Origin: an uncultured bacterium
GTDB lineage: Bacteria; Joyebacterota; Joyebacteria; Joyebacterales; Joyebacteraceae
Direction of reading: 5' to 3'
Assembly (NCBI GenBank): GCA_964597945.1
Contig: CAZRAD010000003.1
Location: forward strand, 1-46,680
DNA length: 46,680 nt
A program made the translations under genes and the position numbers. Shown in pieces: positions 42,485 through 46,680 of this stretch (within the stretch, counting starts at the first letter, position 1; the number at the start of each line of letters is the position of its first letter). The notes under the pieces were generated by a model. That model was given only the letters and a program-made list of their open reading frames with translations, did no database searches and was not told the origin of the DNA.

Positions 42485-43768
42485 ATGACATCCCGAGTGA
42501 TGCAGTTCGCCCTCTCGCTTCTCTCCGTCGCGCTCCTCTCCGTCTTCTTTTCGGTCTCCCAGGCAGGCGTTATCCACGTTGACCAGGCCGGCGGCGGCGA
42601 CTATGAGATCATCCAGGATGGGATCAACGCTGCGACGTACGGAGACACGGTCCTCGTGGCTCCGGGAACCTACTACGAACATCTCTACATGGGACCGGCG
42701 GCGGACGGCGTCACGCTGCGTGGCGAGTTCGGCCCTGAGCAGACCACGGTCCACAACGAATCCACATACCCCTACTCCGTGTTGTTCTGCGAGGACGTCG
42801 GCGCGGACACGCGGGTGGAAGGACTGACCTTCGACGGTGGCTACTCGGACGCCCACGGTGGCGGCATCCGCTGCGACCGTGCGCACGTGCGAATCGAGAA
42901 CGTCTCGGTGACGAGTTGCAGCGCACTGGAGTCTCACGGTGGCGGCATCGCCGGCCAAGGCAGCGACCTCGTCGTTCTCAGCAGCATGATCGGAAACAAC
43001 CGATCGGGGATCGGCGGAGGCATCTCGATCGACGGAGGATCCCTGTACGCTGAGGGCAATCTCGTGGCGGGAAACAGCGCCGACTGGATCTCGCTCGATC
43101 GCATCGGCGGCGGGATCTACATCTCCTGCGACGGAGCCGACATCATCGACAACCAGATCGAGTCGAATAACGCTCTGGACGGAGGGGGCATCGCAGTCGA
43201 CCGCAGCAGCAACATCTCGATCACCGGGAATCGCATCATCAACAACTCGGCGACCGACAGGGCCGGCGGTATCTACATCTTCGAGAGCGACTGCGTCGTC
43301 TCGGGCAACGCGATCACGGGCAACTACGCCATCACGACAGGTGGAGGAGCCGTGGACATCGATCTCTCGGAGACGCCATCGAGACTCGACCCACCGGTCT
43401 TCACGGGGAACACGTTCTTCGGCAACATCGCCTATGGATGCGAAGCTGCCATTCGCGTTCATGACGGGGGCCAGCCGCCGGAGTTCAACGGCAACTACTT
43501 CGCCGATGCCACGACGTATGAGGTGCTTGTGGTCACATCACCCGAGCGGCTCACCATCGACTTCACGGGCAACTGGTGGGACACGGAGGATCCGCTCGAG
43601 ATCGCCGGCAAGATCTACGACTGCGATGACAACGGTGGACTCGCCTGGTGTGTCGATTACTCTGACTGGTGCGATGAAGCGTCGTGCGGCGGGCAAGCGA
43701 CATCCGTCGAGGAGACGCCTGGAACGACCCCAGTCAGCTGGGGGCAGCTGAAGAGCCTCTACCGATAG
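42485..43768 (+). CDS. Secreted right-handed parallel beta-helix (PbH1/NosD-like) repeat protein
   Basis: I prefer the start at the ATG at 42485 (AAGGGGGA 4 nt upstream) over the ORF-track GTG at 42452. The signal peptide is MTSRVMQFALSLLSVALLSVFFSVSQA. GGGI-containing ~22-25 aa repeats follow, with NNxA..GGGI periodicity. The C-terminus is Cys-rich and ends ...VSWGQLKSLYR. Confidence 0.8.
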   Translation: MTSRVMQFALSLLSVALLSVFFSVSQAGVIHVDQAGGGDYEIIQDGINAATYGDTVLVAPGTYYEHLYMGPAADGVTLRGEFGPEQTTVHNESTYPYSVLFCEDVGADTRVEGLTFDGGYSDAHGGGIRCDRAHVRIENVSVTSCSALESHGGGIAGQGSDLVVLSSMIGNNRSGIGGGISIDGGSLYAEGNLVAGNSADWISLDRIGGGIYISCDGADIIDNQIESNNALDGGGIAVDRSSNISITGNRIINNSATDRAGGIYIFESDCVVSGNAITGNYAITTGGGAVDIDLSETPSRLDPPVFTGNTFFGNIAYGCEAAIRVHDGGQPPEFNGNYFADATTYEVLVVTSPERLTIDFTGNWWDTEDPLEIAGKIYDCDDNGGLAWCVDYSDWCDEASCGGQATSVEETPGTTPVSWGQLKSLYR

Positions 43769-43795
43769 CGCCCACATGCCTCCGGAGGAACACCC

Positions 43796-44827
43796 TTGCA
43801 TCTACGTCCTCACAGCGCCGTGGCAGCGCTTGCCACGATCGTGCTCGTTGTACTGGCAGTTCTTGGCTGTGCGTCAGACTCCGCCAACCCTGACAACTCC
43901 GCACAGACAGCCACTCTGGCGGTCCCCGACCATCTCGGTCCGCCTCCCGGCAGCTACACGATCGACGGTGATGCGCGACCGGTCGTCATCCCGTTCGAGT
44001 ACTACGGGATGAACCTCATGGTCGATGCGGAGATGAGCGGCACTCCCATCAAGATGCTCATCGACAACGGCGTGATGTGGGACGAGCTCTGGTTCTTCAC
44101 GAACACTCTTACCGATTCGCTGGGCATCGAGTACGAACAGGCGCTGGAGGTCACGGGCGCCGGCGAAGGTGAAGGGATGGACTCGTTCACGGCGTCGGAT
44201 GTGGCGATTCGGTTCGGAGACGTTCAGTTCACCCACCAGCCCGCCATCATCACACCGGCAGGCCAGAGGATCAGCGAGATGTTCCCCGGTGTGGACGGCC
44301 AGCTCTGCGGGTGCTTCTTCAAGCACTTCGTGACCGAGTTCGATTTCGACGAGCAGCGTGTCATCCTGCATGAGCCCGCGGGCTACGTGTACGACGGTGA
44401 TGGCGTTGCGCTCCCGATGACGCGCGACGAGGTCGGCTCGTACAGCATCCCCGTGACGGTCGGGGTCGAAGGCGGGAAGCTGATCAACATGGACATCTTC
44501 ATCGACCTCGGCGGGGTCAACGTGGCGCATCTGGTCATCGATGAGGAGGCAGGGATCCTCCGGCCCGACGCGGAGCGCGTTCTTCTCGGCCACGGCGCGT
44601 CCGGACCCATCCACGGATACAGAGGCAAGCTCGAGAGCCTGACCGTCGGCGGATACACGCTCATCGAGCCGCCGACCGTGTTCACGGAGGCGCCTGAGGG
44701 TGGTGACAGCTCGAATGTCATCATCGGGCTCCCGGCGTTCCAGCGGTTCACGGTCGTGTTCGACTATTTCCGCGAGATCCTCTACCTCGAGCCGAACAGC
44801 CACTTCGCCGAGCCGTACGGGGAGTAG
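43796..44827 (+). CDS. Lipoprotein, possibly a bilobal retropepsin-like aspartyl-protease fold with atypical DNG/DLG motifs
   Basis: 343 aa, starting at TTG with GGAGGA 6 nt upstream. Lipobox LGCA. Two similar halves each have a strand-rich lead-in to MLIDNGV and IFIDLGGV, where retropepsin-like proteins have DTGA/DSGA. Confidence 0.5.
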   Translation: MHLRPHSAVAALATIVLVVLAVLGCASDSANPDNSAQTATLAVPDHLGPPPGSYTIDGDARPVVIPFEYYGMNLMVDAEMSGTPIKMLIDNGVMWDELWFFTNTLTDSLGIEYEQALEVTGAGEGEGMDSFTASDVAIRFGDVQFTHQPAIITPAGQRISEMFPGVDGQLCGCFFKHFVTEFDFDEQRVILHEPAGYVYDGDGVALPMTRDEVGSYSIPVTVGVEGGKLINMDIFIDLGGVNVAHLVIDEEAGILRPDAERVLLGHGASGPIHGYRGKLESLTVGGYTLIEPPTVFTEAPEGGDSSNVIIGLPAFQRFTVVFDYFREILYLEPNSHFAEPYGE

Positions 44828-44906
44828 GCGACCCGGACGTGCAGCTGGTGGCCCCGATGCGGGCCGGCCGGCGTGTTCAGCCCTGACTACCCGAAACCAG
44901 CCCCGC

Positions 44907-44935
44907 TTGCCGGGTCCCAGATTCCGTGCTACGAT
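44907..44935 (+). promoter_or_regulatory. Candidate promoter, TTGCCG-N17-TACGAT, upstream of thrS
   Basis: The hexamers lie at 44907-44912 and 44930-44935, ~80 nt before the ATG at 45017. The match is weak. Confidence 0.25.
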
Positions 44936-45016
44936 ATGACGAAATCTCCCGATATCGGCACTGCCAGGATCTGAGGCGCCCGAGCCATCCGGACGGGTGC
45001 AGGAAGACGGTCTGCT

Positions 45017-46680
45017 ATGCGTATCCTTCTGATTCACGCTGATAAGTTCAGCTACCACGTCACCGAGAAGACCTCGGCGGTCTCGAAGCTCGCGGAGCTC
45101 GACGAGAGCCAGATGCAGGGCAGCTGCGGCGAGTCGCTCGTCGCGTTCATGGCCTCCGAGAAGCCCGACGAGAAGGGCGTCGACTCGGTCGCGGAGCAGG
45201 CCGCGGAGACCATCACCGACCAGGCGAAGCAGCTCTCGGTCGGCACGGTCATGCTCTACCCCTACGCGCACCTCTCGAGCGACCTCTCCTCCCCGCGCGT
45301 CGCGACGAAGGTGCTCGCGCGCATCCGCGAGCTCATGAGCGAGTCGGGCGAGTTCGAGGTGCTCGAGGCGCCGTTCGGGTTCTACAAGGGGTTCAACGTC
45401 GCCTGCAAGGGTCACCCCCTCTCCGAGCTCGCGAAGACCATCGCGCCGACCGATGCGAAGGGGAAGCCCGAGGACGAACACGCGTCCGAGGCGATCAAGG
45501 CCGAGGCTGAGCTTAAGTCCGACTGGCGCATCTACACGCCCGACGGCGGCGATGTCGAGGCGTGCGACTTCGATCTGTCGACGAGCCACGCGCTCAAGTG
45601 CATGTGTGACTACGAATTCGAGGGCTCGCGCGCGGTCACCGAGCCGCCGGCCCACATCGAACTGATGAAGCGTCTCGAACTCGTCGACTACGAGCCCGCG
45701 TCCGACAGCGGCAACATGCGGTGGTACCCGCAGGGCCAGCTGGTCAAGTGGCTCTGCGAGGAGCACGTCAGCGCGCTCACCAACGAGTACGGCGCGATGC
45801 GCGTCGAGACGCCGATCATGTACGACTACCAGCACCCGAATCTGAAGAGCTACCTCAATAGATTTCCGGCGCGTCAGTACGTCGTCATCTCGGAGCAGAA
45901 GGAGTTCTTCCTGCGGTTCGCCGCGTGCTTCGGTCAGTACATGATGCAGCACGACATGCAGCTGTCGCACAGGATGCTCCCGTGCCGGCTCTTCGAGATC
46001 AGCCACTACTCGTTCCGACGCGAGCAGTCGGGCGAGCTCGCGGGCCTCAGGCGTCTGCGCACCTTCACCATGCCCGACCTCCACACGCTCGCAAAGGACC
46101 TCGTCCAGGCACGTGAGGAGTTCCTCAGGCAGATGGAGCTCGCGACCCGGTGCCTCGATGACTTCGGTCTCAAGTACGAGGTCGCGGTCCGGTTCGTCCG
46201 CGACTTCCTCGATGAGGACCCGGAGTTCGGGCGCTCGATCGCGAAGCAGGCCGACAGGCCGATGCTCGTCGAGATCTGGGACCAGCGGTTCTTCTACTTC
46301 GTCGCGAAGCTCGAGTTCAACTTCGTCGACGCGCAGGGAAAGGCGTTCTGTCTCTCGACCGTTCAGATCGACGTCGAGAACACCGAGCGGTTCGATATCG
46401 ACTACGTCGATGAGGACGGTCAGAAGAAGCGACCCGTTCTCATGCACACCTCGGTCTCGGGCGCCATCGACCGCGTCATCTGCGCCATCCTCGAGCAGCA
46501 GGCGATGAAGATCGAGAAGAAGGAAGTCCCGATGCTCCCGGTCTGGCTCGCCCCGACTCAGGTGAGGGTCATCCCGGTGGCGGAGCGCCACACCGAGTTC
46601 TGTGAGGCGCTCGTCGAGAAGATCCCGTTCCGCACGGACTTCGACGACCGTGAGATGAGCGTCGGCAAGAAGATCCGCGA
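45017..46680 (+). CDS. thrS: Threonine--tRNA ligase, apparently archaeal-type (N-terminal DTD-like editing domain), 3'-truncated by the window edge
   Basis: It is absent from the ORF track because it has no stop in the window. An AGGAAG RBS lies at 45001. My manual translation reads MRILLIHADKFSYHVTEKTSAV...MLYPYAHLSSDLSSP...FGFYKGFNVACKGHPLSEL...SGNMRWYPQGQLV...RFAACFGQYMM...RLRTFTMPDLHT...FFYFVAKLEFNFVDAQGKAFCLSTVQIDVEN...SGAIDRVICAILE...LPVWLAPTQVRVIP...DDREMSVGKKIR. The 905-aa minus-strand ORF 43874..46591 is its antisense shadow. Confidence 0.88.
   Translation, partial: MRILLIHADKFSYHVTEKTSAVSKLAELDESQMQGSCGESLVAFMASEKPDEKGVDSVAEQAAETITDQAKQLSVGTVMLYPYAHLSSDLSSPRVATKVLARIRELMSESGEFEVLEAPFGFYKGFNVACKGHPLSELAKTIAPTDAKGKPEDEHASEAIKAEAELKSDWRIYTPDGGDVEACDFDLSTSHALKCMCDYEFEGSRAVTEPPAHIELMKRLELVDYEPASDSGNMRWYPQGQLVKWLCEEHVSALTNEYGAMRVETPIMYDYQHPNLKSYLNRFPARQYVVISEQKEFFLRFAACFGQYMMQHDMQLSHRMLPCRLFEISHYSFRREQSGELAGLRRLRTFTMPDLHTLAKDLVQAREEFLRQMELATRCLDDFGLKYEVAVRFVRDFLDEDPEFGRSIAKQADRPMLVEIWDQRFFYFVAKLEFNFVDAQGKAFCLSTVQIDVENTERFDIDYVDEDGQKKRPVLMHTSVSGAIDRVICAILEQQAMKIEKKEVPMLPVWLAPTQVRVIPVAERHTEFCEALVEKIPFRTDFDDREMSVGKKIR

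Noticed and set aside
43874-46591. 905-aa minus-strand ORF, the longest in the track
   Set aside because: It is the antisense shadow of thrS and the upstream region. The composition is dominated by R/L/D/V/E/H with no recognisable motifs. The plus-strand frame gives an unmistakable ThrRS with an RBS. High G+C suppresses stops in antisense frames.
1-46680. Mobile elements, prophage, defence islands, and tRNA or rRNA genes
   Set aside because: No transposase, integrase, recombinase, restriction, Cas or phage-like ORFs were recognised. No terminal inverted repeats were seen. No intergenic gap had tRNA-like cloverleaf potential. The only repeats are the short tandem ones and the paralog-derived 3' gene ends.

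Overview
This is a high-G+C bacterial chromosomal segment with about 45 genes, almost all on the minus strand. They are packed tightly, often with ATGA or TGATG stop/start overlaps. No rRNA, tRNA, CRISPR array, transposase or integrase was recognised. Reading right to left on the minus strand, the first block is a complete [NiFe]-hydrogenase maturation set: hypF, two small unknown ORFs, then hypC, hypD, hypE, hypA and hypB. It runs straight into System II cytochrome c biogenesis (resB/ccsA), a vanZ-like gene, and hisS-aspS. Next come a membrane sulfatase-like AlkP-superfamily enzyme, a coiled-coil lipoprotein and a LysM lipoprotein. After that is a Firmicutes-like conserved block: phoH, pgpH-like 7TM-HD, ybeY, two CNNM/CorC genes, DUF502, mgtE, recO, glyQ and glyS. 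With no visible terminator, this block continues into the most unusual part of the window. That part is six tandem paralogs of alkaline-phosphatase-superfamily (NPP/phosphodiesterase-type) proteins, five of them lipoproteins, followed by a GT-C (PMT_2/GT39-like) glycosyltransferase fused to TPR repeats, and then a separately promoted secreted protein cut by the left edge. Four of the six paralogs and the distant sulfatase-like enzyme end in the same extreme C-terminal tail, ...(D/E)xx(L/I/V)xExL(R/K/E)(S/T/A)LGY(I/V)(E/S/Q)-COOH. I propose this array plus the TPR glycosyltransferase as the best candidate for an undescribed envelope system. The plus-strand right end holds an FmdE-like protein coupled to an orphan ECF S-component-like membrane protein, a secreted beta-helix protein, a retropepsin-like lipoprotein, and a thrS that looks archaeal-type and is cut by the right edge. 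Other oddities are an 18-bp tandem repeat that reiterates the RBS of the first CNNM gene, several other short tandem duplications, and two translationally coupled unknown ORFs inside the hyp operon. All functional calls rest on motif recognition by eye. No database search was run.
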